The translations under genes and the position numbers were made by a program. DNA of 36,909 nucleotides from a virus (lineage: Duplodnaviria > Caudoviricetes), in the IMG/VR virus record IMGVR_UViG_3300042997_001979, positions 1 through 36,909 of that record; one strand, given 5' to 3'. Under the pieces are notes generated by a model that ran no database searches, was not told the origin of the DNA, and was given only the letters and a program-made list of their open reading frames with translations. Shown one piece after another: positions 9,543-19,578 of the stretch. The first letter of the stretch is position 1; each line of letters starts with the position of its first letter.

Positions 9543-10199
9543 ATGGAAATTTATTTAAGTATAGATGGTGTTATTAGAAATACAATTCAAAAATTTGACT
9601 ATCATTATAATGAAGCTTATTTAGCTGATGACGTCACATTTGAAGAAGACAATAATTTTGAATATGGGGTAGTAGAACCAATTCAAAATGATAATTTATT
9701 TAATTCATACAAATTTCAATCTAAAGAAGAATTTGAAAATTTTTTATTTATTGAATACCCAATTGAAATTTTTGGACATGCAGGATTAAGTTATTCAACG
9801 ACATTTACGGATTTACATAAATTAATCTACGAAAACCCGCAACATAATTTTACTTTAATTGGTTTAGACGAATTAGGTAAAGCAAAACCCGCCACACTAT
9901 TCTTTCTATCAAAAAATGGTTTTTTAGGTAACAATATTAAATTTTCAAAAACATCAAATTTAGATGAGCTTTGGAATCAATGTGATATTTGGGTTACTGA
10001 CAACAAAAGCGTTTTAGACTCTGCACCAAATACTAAAATCGGTGTAAAATTTCAAACGACTTACAATCAATACTTTACTTACGGTAAAGAAATAACTAAA
10101 TTAAATGAAATACAAGAATTATGGTTGAAATCTTTGGAAAATCCTACTACATCGACCTTGACGGAGTCACAGAAAAGTGTAGAACAGGAAAAAATATAA
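9543..10199 (+). CDS. HAD-like 5'(3')-deoxyribonucleotidase-like protein with degenerate motif I
   Basis: IYLSIDGVIRN (DxD replaced by SxD), ATLFFLSK, DIWVTDN and YNQ motifs. Confidence 0.55.
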   Translation: MEIYLSIDGVIRNTIQKFDYHYNEAYLADDVTFEEDNNFEYGVVEPIQNDNLFNSYKFQSKEEFENFLFIEYPIEIFGHAGLSYSTTFTDLHKLIYENPQHNFTLIGLDELGKAKPATLFFLSKNGFLGNNIKFSKTSNLDELWNQCDIWVTDNKSVLDSAPNTKIGVKFQTTYNQYFTYGKEITKLNEIQELWLKSLENPTTSTLTESQKSVEQEKI

Positions 10200-10402
10200 A
10201 AGATGAGGATGGTGAAGATGTTACAGAAGTAAACATCTTTAAATATGAAATAATAAAAATGTGTTTAGATAGAGTATTAGCTGATTTTCAAGATGTTGAT
10301 GAGGAATTAGGTGCATTTGCCGAAAATACAACAACAACATCATTTAAAATTGCATTTAACACTTTAATAAAAAATCAAATATTAATAGAAGACGATGAGT
10401 AA
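10121..10402 (+). CDS. Hypothetical acidic protein
   Basis: 93-aa ORF that fills the gap between neighbours and overlaps the next start. Confidence 0.7.
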   Translation: MVEIFGKSYYIDLDGVTEKCRTGKNIKDEDGEDVTEVNIFKYEIIKMCLDRVLADFQDVDEELGAFAENTTTTSFKIAFNTLIKNQILIEDDE

Positions 10403-11459
10403 TCAACAAAACATTGAAAAACTAGAAGCCGCGTTAGGCAGAATTAAAACGAACGAAAGTAAAGCATACTTTTTAGTTTACGACACTAAGGGAAACGCTA
10501 GAGCGTCAATAAAATATATCTACGATTTAGCGTTAACGTTAAATCAAAACGGTACACCTTCTAAAATTGTTGTAGAAGATAAAACTTATACTGGTGTTGA
10601 AAGTTGGTTAGATGACAAGTACAAAGAACTTGAAGTCTTATCTATAAAAGACGATAAGTTAGAACTATCTATTGATGACATCTTAGTGGTACCTGAATAT
10701 TATTCTAACGCATTACAACAACTCTCAAACGTAAGATGCATCAAAGTAATGTTAGTACAACAAAAAGAGTTTATTTTTGAGACTTTACCAATTGGTAGTA
10801 AGTGGATTGATTATGGTTTTGATAGAGTAATTACCACAACAGAGGCAACAAAAAAATATATCTTAGATTATTTTCCAGAAAGTTTAGTTTACATAATTCC
10901 ACCAATTATTGAGGATAATTTCAAACCAATTAATTTACCATTAAAACCATATGTGGCAATCAGTTGTAGAGATAGAAGTATTCACAGGAAGTTAATTTCT
11001 GAATTCTACATTAAATACCCACACTTACGTTGGATTACTTTTAGAGATATGGTACAAATGTCATATGACGAATTTGCTACAAGTTTAAAAGAATGTATGG
11101 TTTCGGTATGGGTTGACGACGATAGCACTTTTGGTACCTTTCCATTGGAATCTATGAAATGTGGTGTGCCTGTAGTAGGTAAAATACCAAAGACTGAGCC
11201 AGATTGGTTAACTGAAAATGGAATGTGGACATATGATGAAAATAAATTAGTTGAGTTATTAGGTACATATATTTTAGCTTGGATTGATGGCATTGAATTA
11301 ACTGATGAAGTTAAAGATAAAATGAAGGATACCTTATTACCATATGACGGTGAGATTACCAAAAATAATATCTTATCAATTTTCCAATCTTTAAAAAATA
11401 AAAGAGTAGAATCGATTGAATCTGCTTTAACTAAATTAAAACAAGAAGAAACAATATGA
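10395..11459 (+). CDS. Putative glycosyltransferase (GT-B fold)
   Basis: DILVVPE and STFGTFPLESMKCGVPVVG (GT4-like C-terminal signature). Confidence 0.7.
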   Translation: MSNQQNIEKLEAALGRIKTNESKAYFLVYDTKGNARASIKYIYDLALTLNQNGTPSKIVVEDKTYTGVESWLDDKYKELEVLSIKDDKLELSIDDILVVPEYYSNALQQLSNVRCIKVMLVQQKEFIFETLPIGSKWIDYGFDRVITTTEATKKYILDYFPESLVYIIPPIIEDNFKPINLPLKPYVAISCRDRSIHRKLISEFYIKYPHLRWITFRDMVQMSYDEFATSLKECMVSVWVDDDSTFGTFPLESMKCGVPVVGKIPKTEPDWLTENGMWTYDENKLVELLGTYILAWIDGIELTDEVKDKMKDTLLPYDGEITKNNILSIFQSLKNKRVESIESALTKLKQEETI

Positions 11460-12235
11460 AAAACATCACAATAATTTTACCAATTCACACATTAGATGGT
11501 GACTATAAAGAGATGTTGAAAAATGCAATTGAATCAATTAAAGATTTTCACAACGATGTCACATTATCTGTCGTTTGTCCACCATCAGTTGCTTCCGAAT
11601 TATCATTGGATACTAATGTTATCGAATATAAAGTAATTGAAAATAAAGGGAAAACTGATTTCTGTTCGCAAATAAATTTAGGTATTGAAAAATGTGAAAC
11701 TGAGTGGTTTAGTATTTTTGAAATAGATGACGTTTATAAACCAATTTGGTTAAAATCTATTTCAGAATATGTTAAAATTTATCCTGACGTTGATATTTTT
11801 CTACCAATAGTGAAAGACGTTAATTCTGAAGGTAAATTTACTAGCTTCACTAACGAATCGGCTTGGGCTTATGGGTTTTCGGAAATGCAAGGATATATCG
11901 ACAATGAAATATTACTTGAATTCCAAAACTACCAAACAAGCGGTGGTTTATTTAGAACCAATGTTATTAAAGAAAATGGTAGCTTTAAAGAAAATATACA
12001 ATTAACATTCACCTATGAATTCTTTTTAAGAATGACACATAATGGTGTTAAAGTTATGACAGTTCCGCGCGTTGGTTACCAACACGTAAACTTCAGAGAA
12101 AATTCTTTATTCTGGAATTATAAAAATGACGAAAAAACTCTCCTAACAGAAAAAGAAGTAAAATTTTGGATGGAAACAGCTAAAAAAGAATTCTTCTTCA
12201 AAAATAAACGAGATGTAACTTATACAGAAGCTTAA
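11456..12235 (+). CDS. Glycosyltransferase family 2 (GT-A fold)
   Basis: ITIILPI..LKNAIESI, INLGIEKCETEWFSIFEIDD and YEFFLRM motifs. Confidence 0.82.
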   Translation: MKNITIILPIHTLDGDYKEMLKNAIESIKDFHNDVTLSVVCPPSVASELSLDTNVIEYKVIENKGKTDFCSQINLGIEKCETEWFSIFEIDDVYKPIWLKSISEYVKIYPDVDIFLPIVKDVNSEGKFTSFTNESAWAYGFSEMQGYIDNEILLEFQNYQTSGGLFRTNVIKENGSFKENIQLTFTYEFFLRMTHNGVKVMTVPRVGYQHVNFRENSLFWNYKNDEKTLLTEKEVKFWMETAKKEFFFKNKRDVTYTEA

Positions 12236-12933
12236 TGCCAAGAAAAAGAACCCAAAAAATATATTTTGGGGAGGATCAAGAGAAGGCGGTAGTCAATTAC
12301 TTAGAAAGTACTGATGAAACAGAAAGAAACAAGATATTCAACGAATATTTAAGAGAACCCCTAATTACAATGGTTGAATCGATAATTCGCCGTTACAAGC
12401 TTTATCGAAAAGATATGGAATTTGAAGAAATTCATACTGATACTATGTCTTTTTTAATAACAAAAATCAGCAAGTTTGATCATACTAAAAATACTAAAGC
12501 TTATTCTTATTTTGGTACTATCTGTAAAAATTACCTCATGGGTGCGATACAGAAAGACGCTAAAGAACAGAATAGACAAGTTTCTTATGATGACATTTCT
12601 TCCGATATTGAAGATAGAAAGGATTTATCATATGTTATAGATGAACATATTATTGATTATAGAGATGTTATTATTAAACTCACAATTAGTTTAGAAGACT
12701 TCATGGAGAAGGAAGTTTTAAGTGAAAATGAACAAAAATTAGGTTATGCTCTTTTGGAGATATTTTCAAACATAGACAAAATTTTTCAAGTTGGAGACGG
12801 TAATAAATTCAATAAAAATTTAATATTATTATCATTAAGAGAAATGACTTCGCTATCAACAAAAGAAATCCGAATTTCGTTAAAACGCTATAAAAAGATG
12901 TATAATGGAATTTTAGTCGGATTTTTAGAATAA
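12235..12933 (+). CDS. Phage RNA polymerase sigma factor (gp55-like/sigma70 region 2)
   Basis: LITKISKFDHTKNTKAYSYFGTICKNYL matches the region 2.3-2.4 pattern of T4-like late sigma factors; size is typical. Confidence 0.7.
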   Translation: MPRKRTQKIYFGEDQEKAVVNYLESTDETERNKIFNEYLREPLITMVESIIRRYKLYRKDMEFEEIHTDTMSFLITKISKFDHTKNTKAYSYFGTICKNYLMGAIQKDAKEQNRQVSYDDISSDIEDRKDLSYVIDEHIIDYRDVIIKLTISLEDFMEKEVLSENEQKLGYALLEIFSNIDKIFQVGDGNKFNKNLILLSLREMTSLSTKEIRISLKRYKKMYNGILVGFLE

Positions 12934-12947
12934 ATCTATTTATTGAT

Positions 12948-13322
12948 ATGAGAACGCAAAGAAACAATATCACACTGGAGGTTGATTCAGCCTTAGCTTT
13001 GATGCAGGAAATATATAACGATGTGGTTGAGAATAGAAATACCGCATCTCAAATCCTTAGAAAAATGATGTCTTTTATGAAAGACGCTGAGGATATGAGT
13101 ACCATTGGTCCTGTTATTAAAGAACAACAAAAGATATTAAACGATTGTACTGAAAAGAAAATTTCGTTAGTTAAATTACAAAGTGTTTTATTAAAACAAA
13201 CCACCGGAACAACTAAAGGCGGATTTCAAGGACAACTTACACTTTCAGATGAAGATAGGGAATTATTAGATAAATTAGTTAATGATACCGATGACGGTAA
13301 AAAAGAGAAGTATCAATTATAA
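12948..13322 (+). CDS. Hypothetical helical protein
   Basis: 124-aa ORF with TATTTATT 3 nt upstream. Confidence 0.7.
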   Translation: MRTQRNNITLEVDSALALMQEIYNDVVENRNTASQILRKMMSFMKDAEDMSTIGPVIKEQQKILNDCTEKKISLVKLQSVLLKQTTGTTKGGFQGQLTLSDEDRELLDKLVNDTDDGKKEKYQL

Positions 13323-15208
13323 TGGCAACTTTTAATGAACAAAAAAAAGATATAAAATCACAAATAGATGTTATTAAAAATATTAATGACTCTTCTAATT
13401 TTATAGATTCACAAAAAGACAAATTATCGTCATTAAAACCATTCGGCGCAAAAAACTTAGATAGTTTTTTAAAAAAAATACAGATAAACAAAGAAATAAA
13501 AATTGATGTTTTTTCTGAATTAATTGACACCGTTGAAGGGTTTTTGAATACCGCTAAGCCACCAAGTACAAAATCTAAAAAATCACCAACCGACAAGAAG
13601 CCAAATATTGAAATAAAAGAAAAGGCTTCTACGAAACAAAGATTAAGACAAATAGCAGAAGAATCCGCAGAAGAAACAGTTAAGAGCGCTAAAAGTATTG
13701 TAATGGATAGTGTTTCTCAAGTTTTATTTGCGGGTAATGGGATTTGCGGCGATAATAAATCGTTTACTGGAGACACGGTAACCATATCTCCTACCGAATT
13801 TGATTTTTTAAATATTTTAACTGTTGATCCATCATCTAACTCAGGATTAATTTTATATGAGAGTTTAACTGCCGCTCCAGATTCTATTAAAATGAATAGA
13901 ATTTTATATAGTGGTTTTTCTGGTGCTCAACAAACAATCACAACCAAAGATGGAAAAGTACTTTTTAAATTAGATTGGGATAGCGATTTACAACAATTTG
14001 AAGTCAGCGGATTACAGGGTTTAAATCCAAATACCCCAACACAAATTAAAGAATTTATAAGTGACTATTATAGCAATATTCAATTTACAGATTACAATTC
14101 TGTTGTCAGTATGGCAATGTTAATGGTAACCAAAGGCGACGGCTCTGAACCACCTTTATTTGATATTGGATTAAACGATTTAAACAGATTATTAAGTAAA
14201 TTATGTTCTAATTGCGGTAATCCAAGTGAAGGGTTAAAACAAACTCAACAATTTAATGAAAATGATGAACAGGCTGAATTTTATTTTGATTTTGATGATG
14301 TTGAAGGAATTGATTTAGATGATGAAGCAAATAGATTAGAAAAAGTTTTAAGATTTAACGATTGTAATGAATTTAAAGTACCAATTAATCCAGTACACTT
14401 TGAGGACTTCGTTATTTTTTCAGATAGAAATATAAATGATAATGTTTCTAATACATTATATAATATGGCGGCGGATGCTCATAATCAAACTGATGACACA
14501 ATACCAGTTGATAACTTTCACATCTCATTAGTAAATGCATACATAACTCAACTACCAAAAGCATTAATGGGTTGTGTTTTGGCACCAAAATACTTTTTAC
14601 CTATTGTTTTGGTTTATAAACAATTGGTTTCAGCAGGTGGAGCAGCAGTAACTAACGTTAAGGTTTTAATGAGTAAGTTAAATAAATTATTTAAAATGAT
14701 TTTAGAAAGACTTATGTGGAAATTTTTATCCGAGGCGTGGAAAAGAATTAAAAAAGATTTAGCTGATTTTTTAAAAGTAATTGCATCTATAATCATACTT
14801 AACAAATATAAAAAATATGTTGCAATTGTAACATCACTAATTGCGTTATTGAAAAATATTTTACAAAATTTAGGTGACTTAGATAATTGTAATGCACTAT
14901 ATAATAGTATAAACAAAGCAATTCAATTAGCATTAATGGGTGGAGCAAGTATTCCTATACCATCTCCATTATTATTAGCTGCAGCAGGCAGAGATGGATT
15001 TAGTGCTGATAGAGCATATATGAATGCCATGGAAGGGATTAAAGGTAAGGGTATTGATATCGGCGACAAATTTGGAGTTCCTAGTCAAATTGGATCCATG
15101 GTTAAGGAAATAATAAAAGGACAAGCTAAAGAACAAGATTCAAATGGAAAAGTTTCAGTATATGGAATAAACCCATTAGCAGGTCCATCATTTGGAATAT
15201 CACATTAA
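13322..15208 (+). CDS. Large hypothetical protein, possibly tail/baseplate associated
   Basis: 628-aa ORF upstream of the gp5-like gene; hydrophobic helices near the C-terminus. Confidence 0.65.
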   Translation: MATFNEQKKDIKSQIDVIKNINDSSNFIDSQKDKLSSLKPFGAKNLDSFLKKIQINKEIKIDVFSELIDTVEGFLNTAKPPSTKSKKSPTDKKPNIEIKEKASTKQRLRQIAEESAEETVKSAKSIVMDSVSQVLFAGNGICGDNKSFTGDTVTISPTEFDFLNILTVDPSSNSGLILYESLTAAPDSIKMNRILYSGFSGAQQTITTKDGKVLFKLDWDSDLQQFEVSGLQGLNPNTPTQIKEFISDYYSNIQFTDYNSVVSMAMLMVTKGDGSEPPLFDIGLNDLNRLLSKLCSNCGNPSEGLKQTQQFNENDEQAEFYFDFDDVEGIDLDDEANRLEKVLRFNDCNEFKVPINPVHFEDFVIFSDRNINDNVSNTLYNMAADAHNQTDDTIPVDNFHISLVNAYITQLPKALMGCVLAPKYFLPIVLVYKQLVSAGGAAVTNVKVLMSKLNKLFKMILERLMWKFLSEAWKRIKKDLADFLKVIASIIILNKYKKYVAIVTSLIALLKNILQNLGDLDNCNALYNSINKAIQLALMGGASIPIPSPLLLAAAGRDGFSADRAYMNAMEGIKGKGIDIGDKFGVPSQIGSMVKEIIKGQAKEQDSNGKVSVYGINPLAGPSFGISH

Positions 15209-15409
15209 ATGGAAAAAAATAAAATAATTGAGATAGTTACCGATGTAAAAAATAAATCAAATAAAGATTTAACAAAAGCATCTGAAGAATTAATAAATGA
15301 GTTTGAAAAAACAAAAAAATTAATAATCGATTTAACAAGACATTTAGAAAGTGTTGAAAAATTATACAATGATGTTAATTCTGAAATACAAAAAAGAATA
15401 ATAAAATAA
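15209..15409 (+). CDS. Small coiled-coil hypothetical protein
   Basis: 66-aa ORF abutting both neighbours. Confidence 0.7.
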   Translation: MEKNKIIEIVTDVKNKSNKDLTKASEELINEFEKTKKLIIDLTRHLESVEKLYNDVNSEIQKRIIK

Positions 15410-15410
15410 A

Positions 15411-16970
15411 ATGAAATTAATTGATATTGGTATATGCATCGATAATTTAGATCCAAAACATATGGGTAGAATTCGTTGCGTTAGGTATAGTTCATATACT
15501 GGTGAAGTAGAAAAAGCGGTAGATTACAATGCTTGGGACGACAAAGATTTATTTACCGCCAATCCATTTTTACCATCTAATATTAACTTTATTCCAGAGA
15601 TTGGGCAGACTGTAAAAATTTTAGAATATAATACAGATAAGGAATATGAAAACGTAGAATATATCTCAGGTCCGTTTACAACGATGCACGATTATAATTC
15701 TCAAACACACTCTGCTCAGGTTGAAAATACAACATACGGTATTGCCGCCAAACATAGTCCGGATATTGCTAAATCAGATAAAGACGAATTAAAAGAAAAT
15801 GATGGGGCATTTGCAAAGCACACCGATTATGGAATTTATGGTAAGTATGGTTCTGATGTTATTTTTACTGAGAATGGTTTAATTATGCGAGGGGGTAAAT
15901 TAATATCTAAAAAGGGCGCGTCACAAAGAGATAAATTAAGATTAACAACGCAACCTATTTTAGCAGATAAAAGTGCCACAATACATCTTAAAAAGTTTGA
16001 TAAAAAATTAACACCTGTAACCGAAGAAGTAGATGTAAATAAAGTCGAGTCTAAACCATTAACTTCATTTATTGAATATTCAATACAAAATTTTAGTACA
16101 GGTGACACAACAACAATTGATTTTTACGTTTATATTATAAAAAATTTGGACGGTGAAAGTAAAAAAACGTATGGCGAAAATTTATATAAAACAGATAACA
16201 CTAATTTAGAAAATGTCGACATTTTAGATAAGAAGACAAAATTAATTAATAACTATAACGATAAGAGCCCAACGTTTTCACTAAGCAATATACCATTTAA
16301 TAAAATTTCAGGAACTATTAGGGAATTTATTCAATTAGCACATAAGGAATTAAGTTTAAAATCATTAAACGACAAATACACTAACCAACTTTATAGCGTT
16401 ACAAACTTAGAGTCAGATTTACACCCCTTTTACTTTAGACCCACAAAGGAATGTATTAGTAGAACACTTTCTGACGAAGAAATAACACTACGACAAAGAG
16501 TTTTTGATGGCGTAACACCTTATTCGGGTATTAAACAAAATGGGTTAATATTTTCAGCATCTGCGGTAGAAAATAAACCTAAAACAACAAAAAAAGTTCA
16601 AAAATATTTAAAAAATGAAGGTGGGGTAGAACAATCATTTGGAGCAATTAAAAGTGATAAATTATACCTACTCTCAACAGAAGAGCCCGCACCAAAATAT
16701 TCCGATAAAAAGCCAATAAAATTTGAAAAATTTAAAAGCTACGACATTACTCAAGAAAACTATTTAGAAGATATTGATCCAAATAGTTACGCTTTAGTTA
16801 GGGGTGAAATTTTACTAGATGTCCTATATACCATGGCTAATTTATTTGCCAGTCATATACATCTAATGGAAAGTCCATTAATTCAATCCGATCCAAATTA
16901 TATTGAATTAATGACTAAAATATCGAATTTAGAAAACGACATGTTAAATAAGTCAATTAGAATGAACTAA
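15411..16970 (+). CDS. Baseplate hub/spike-like protein with gp5/VgrG OB-fold N-terminus
   Basis: GICIDNLDPKHMGRIRC...FIPEIGQTVKI and C-terminal LVRGEILLDVL motifs. Confidence 0.65.
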   Translation: MKLIDIGICIDNLDPKHMGRIRCVRYSSYTGEVEKAVDYNAWDDKDLFTANPFLPSNINFIPEIGQTVKILEYNTDKEYENVEYISGPFTTMHDYNSQTHSAQVENTTYGIAAKHSPDIAKSDKDELKENDGAFAKHTDYGIYGKYGSDVIFTENGLIMRGGKLISKKGASQRDKLRLTTQPILADKSATIHLKKFDKKLTPVTEEVDVNKVESKPLTSFIEYSIQNFSTGDTTTIDFYVYIIKNLDGESKKTYGENLYKTDNTNLENVDILDKKTKLINNYNDKSPTFSLSNIPFNKISGTIREFIQLAHKELSLKSLNDKYTNQLYSVTNLESDLHPFYFRPTKECISRTLSDEEITLRQRVFDGVTPYSGIKQNGLIFSASAVENKPKTTKKVQKYLKNEGGVEQSFGAIKSDKLYLLSTEEPAPKYSDKKPIKFEKFKSYDITQENYLEDIDPNSYALVRGEILLDVLYTMANLFASHIHLMESPLIQSDPNYIELMTKISNLENDMLNKSIRMN

Positions 16971-16991
16971 TAGATATTTATTAATAAAAAG

Positions 16992-18380
16992 ATGTCATAT
17001 TTCCGTTCATATTTTGAAAAAAACAATACCTTACTTAAGGATTCTTCAACAAATACGGCTAAAAATCCCACCACAGAGCTAGTTTATGGTTCAACCTTCT
17101 CTAAATTTATATTTAAAGTAGATTTGTCTACATTAAAAACAAAGGTTGCTAATGGCGATTTAGTTGTTGATTCTAACACTAGACATACTTTACATTTAAC
17201 AAATACCATTTTTGGGGATGAGAGTTTTAAGGGTGGAGACAAACCAACAGGTGGCTTTAGAGCTAATTCATTTGATTTGATAGTTTTCAAAGTAAACGAA
17301 TTTTGGGATGAAGGATTGGGTTTTGATTACACTAAATCCGAATATGATTTTACAAGTGGTAATCTGACATATGACGAAAGAGCGTGTAATTGGTATAATA
17401 GGACAACCTTAAATGAATGGGCGAGTTCCGGTATTTACGATACAACACCAACTATAATTTCAGGTTATAGTGGTTCTGAAATTCATATGGACAATGGTAA
17501 CGAAGACGTTAATTTTGATATAACAGATTACGTTAACGATATTGTAGTAAACGGCGCAACAAATCAAGGTTTAGGGTTAGCTTTTTCAGTTTTATACCAA
17601 GACTTAAAACCTGATGCTGATCAAACCGTTGCTTTTTTTACCAAATATACACAAACATTTTTTGAACCATACGTCGAATCATATTTTGAAGATGTTATAA
17701 GTGACGACAGACAAAGTTTCACTGAAAAAATTAATCAAAATCTTTACCTATATGTTACAAAAGGAACAAATTATTATAATTTAGATAGCACCCCAATCGT
17801 CGACATTACCGACTCAAACGGCAACGTTATACCGGGTTTAGATAATTTAACAACGACATTGGTTAAAAAGGGGATTTATAAAGTAACATTTGGCTTAACT
17901 GGTATTGTTTGTGATGGTAAAAGATTTTTTAATGACAGGTGGAAGTCATTAAGTTTAGACGGCATTCAAATTACAAATGTTACACAAAAATTTATACCAA
18001 AACCATATACATCTGAATTTACAATTGGTGAAAACCCAACAGAACTACAAAGATATTCTATACAATATTTTGGCGTAAAACAACTTGAAAAAATAAAAAG
18101 AGGTGAAATTAGAAAAATAGTAATATCTTTTAGATCTATTGATACTCCAAAAACAATTCTTTTTGATGATGTATTTTATAGGATTTATATTGAAGAGGGT
18201 AAAACGCAAGTTGTTGTTCATGATTGGACAAAAGTAGACAAGACAAATGAGAATTCATTTCATTTTGATACCTCATACTTAATACCAAGACAGTACTTTA
18301 TGGAAATAAAAGGAAAAACTCACACAGAGGAGATATTCTATAAAGAATCAATAAATTTTGAAATAATTTCGGAAAAATAA
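16992..18380 (+). CDS. Putative virion structural protein (beta-rich)
   Basis: 462 aa with FWDEGLGFDY and NWYNRTTLNEW motifs; late-type motif upstream. Confidence 0.6.
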   Translation: MSYFRSYFEKNNTLLKDSSTNTAKNPTTELVYGSTFSKFIFKVDLSTLKTKVANGDLVVDSNTRHTLHLTNTIFGDESFKGGDKPTGGFRANSFDLIVFKVNEFWDEGLGFDYTKSEYDFTSGNLTYDERACNWYNRTTLNEWASSGIYDTTPTIISGYSGSEIHMDNGNEDVNFDITDYVNDIVVNGATNQGLGLAFSVLYQDLKPDADQTVAFFTKYTQTFFEPYVESYFEDVISDDRQSFTEKINQNLYLYVTKGTNYYNLDSTPIVDITDSNGNVIPGLDNLTTTLVKKGIYKVTFGLTGIVCDGKRFFNDRWKSLSLDGIQITNVTQKFIPKPYTSEFTIGENPTELQRYSIQYFGVKQLEKIKRGEIRKIVISFRSIDTPKTILFDDVFYRIYIEEGKTQVVVHDWTKVDKTNENSFHFDTSYLIPRQYFMEIKGKTHTEEIFYKESINFEIISEK

Positions 18381-18395
18381 AAATATTTATATATT

Positions 18396-18818
18396 ATGGC
18401 TCAAATTATAAAACTAACAGAATCACAATTAAAAAAGGTAGTTTCCACTATCGTTCAAAAAAATCTAATAAATGAAGATTGTTGGGATGGATACAAATCC
18501 GTTGGTGGCAAAATGAAAAATGGTAAAAGAGTACCCAACTGCGTTCCAGTTAAAGAAGCCGCAAATCCAGCTCAACAAGCCGCAATTGCTATCGATATGA
18601 AGAAAAAAGGTATTGAACCTAAAAATGAATCAGAAAGGGAAATGTACGAAGCTATGGAAATAGACGAAAGTAAAAATTGCCCTACAGATCCAGGTAAATG
18701 GGCGGCGTCAAAATCGGCAGCAAAAGCTAAATTTGATGTTTATCCATCAGCTTACGCAAACGGTTGGGCAGCAAAGAACTATAAATCTAAAGGTGGAGGT
18801 TGGAAAAAATGTAAATAA
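18396..18818 (+). CDS. Basic modular protein, possible head-internal protein
   Basis: N-terminal IKLTESQLKKVV, followed by modules CWDGYK..VPNCVP, NPAQQAAIAI and KFDVYPSAYANGW..YKSKGGGW. Confidence 0.75.
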   Translation: MAQIIKLTESQLKKVVSTIVQKNLINEDCWDGYKSVGGKMKNGKRVPNCVPVKEAANPAQQAAIAIDMKKKGIEPKNESEREMYEAMEIDESKNCPTDPGKWAASKSAAKAKFDVYPSAYANGWAAKNYKSKGGGWKKCK

Positions 18819-18819
18819 T

Positions 18820-19569
18820 ATGAACATAATTGTATCAAAAGAAGACAAAGATTACATAAACGAATGTCTTAAATCGGGTGAAGTTTTAAAAGAAGATTTA
18901 AGACGATGGTTTAAAGAAAAATGGGTTGACGTAAGTAAAAAAGTTAATGGTAAACATCCACCATGCGGTAGAAAAGATGCTGATGGTAAATCATACCCCA
19001 AATGTCGCCCATCTAAAAAAGTTTCAAAGGACACTCCAAAAGTGGCTTCTTCGTACGATAAAAAAGAAAAGAAGGCGATGACTAATCAAAAAAGAAGAGC
19101 AGAAAAAGAAAATCCTAAAGCGGGTAAAGGAAATAAACCAACGATGACGCATTATGGTGAAAATATGGAAAAAAGAACTATTATACAAATAAGTGAAACT
19201 CAATTCGAAAGACTTTTTGAGTACAATGAACAAACACCAGTATTAATTTACGAAGATGAAAATGGTTCTGTACAAAACACAAATTTTGAATCTAATAATA
19301 TGTTAAACGAAGCGGAATACCAAGGACGTAAAGTTCAGTTAGGTAAAATCATGCAAGGAGACATTAAGAAATTTAAAGTTTATGTGAAAAACGATAAAGG
19401 TAAGGTTGTAAAAGTAAACTTTGGTTTTGGTGGTAAATCTGCCAAAGGTAAAAGAATGGTTATTAAGAAAAATAATCCAGAAAGACGTAAGTCTTTTAGA
19501 GCAAGACACAATTGTAGTAATCCAGGTCCGCGTTGGAAACCGAGATATTGGGCTTGTAGAACTTGGTAA
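18820..19569 (+). CDS. Basic modular protein, possible head-internal nucleic-acid-binding protein
   Basis: Probable ATG at 18820 (track start 18733 overlaps the upstream gene). Modules LRRWFKEKWVD..CGR..YPKCRP and AEYQGRKV..RRKSFRARHNC..RYWACRTW. Confidence 0.75.
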   Translation: MNIIVSKEDKDYINECLKSGEVLKEDLRRWFKEKWVDVSKKVNGKHPPCGRKDADGKSYPKCRPSKKVSKDTPKVASSYDKKEKKAMTNQKRRAEKENPKAGKGNKPTMTHYGENMEKRTIIQISETQFERLFEYNEQTPVLIYEDENGSVQNTNFESNNMLNEAEYQGRKVQLGKIMQGDIKKFKVYVKNDKGKVVKVNFGFGGKSAKGKRMVIKKNNPERRKSFRARHNCSNPGPRWKPRYWACRTW

Positions 19570-19578
19570 ATTTTTTAA

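Noticed and set aside
12948-13322. Small terminase assignment for the 124-aa helical ORF
   Set aside because: Size fits, but there is no recognisable motif and it lies far from terL.
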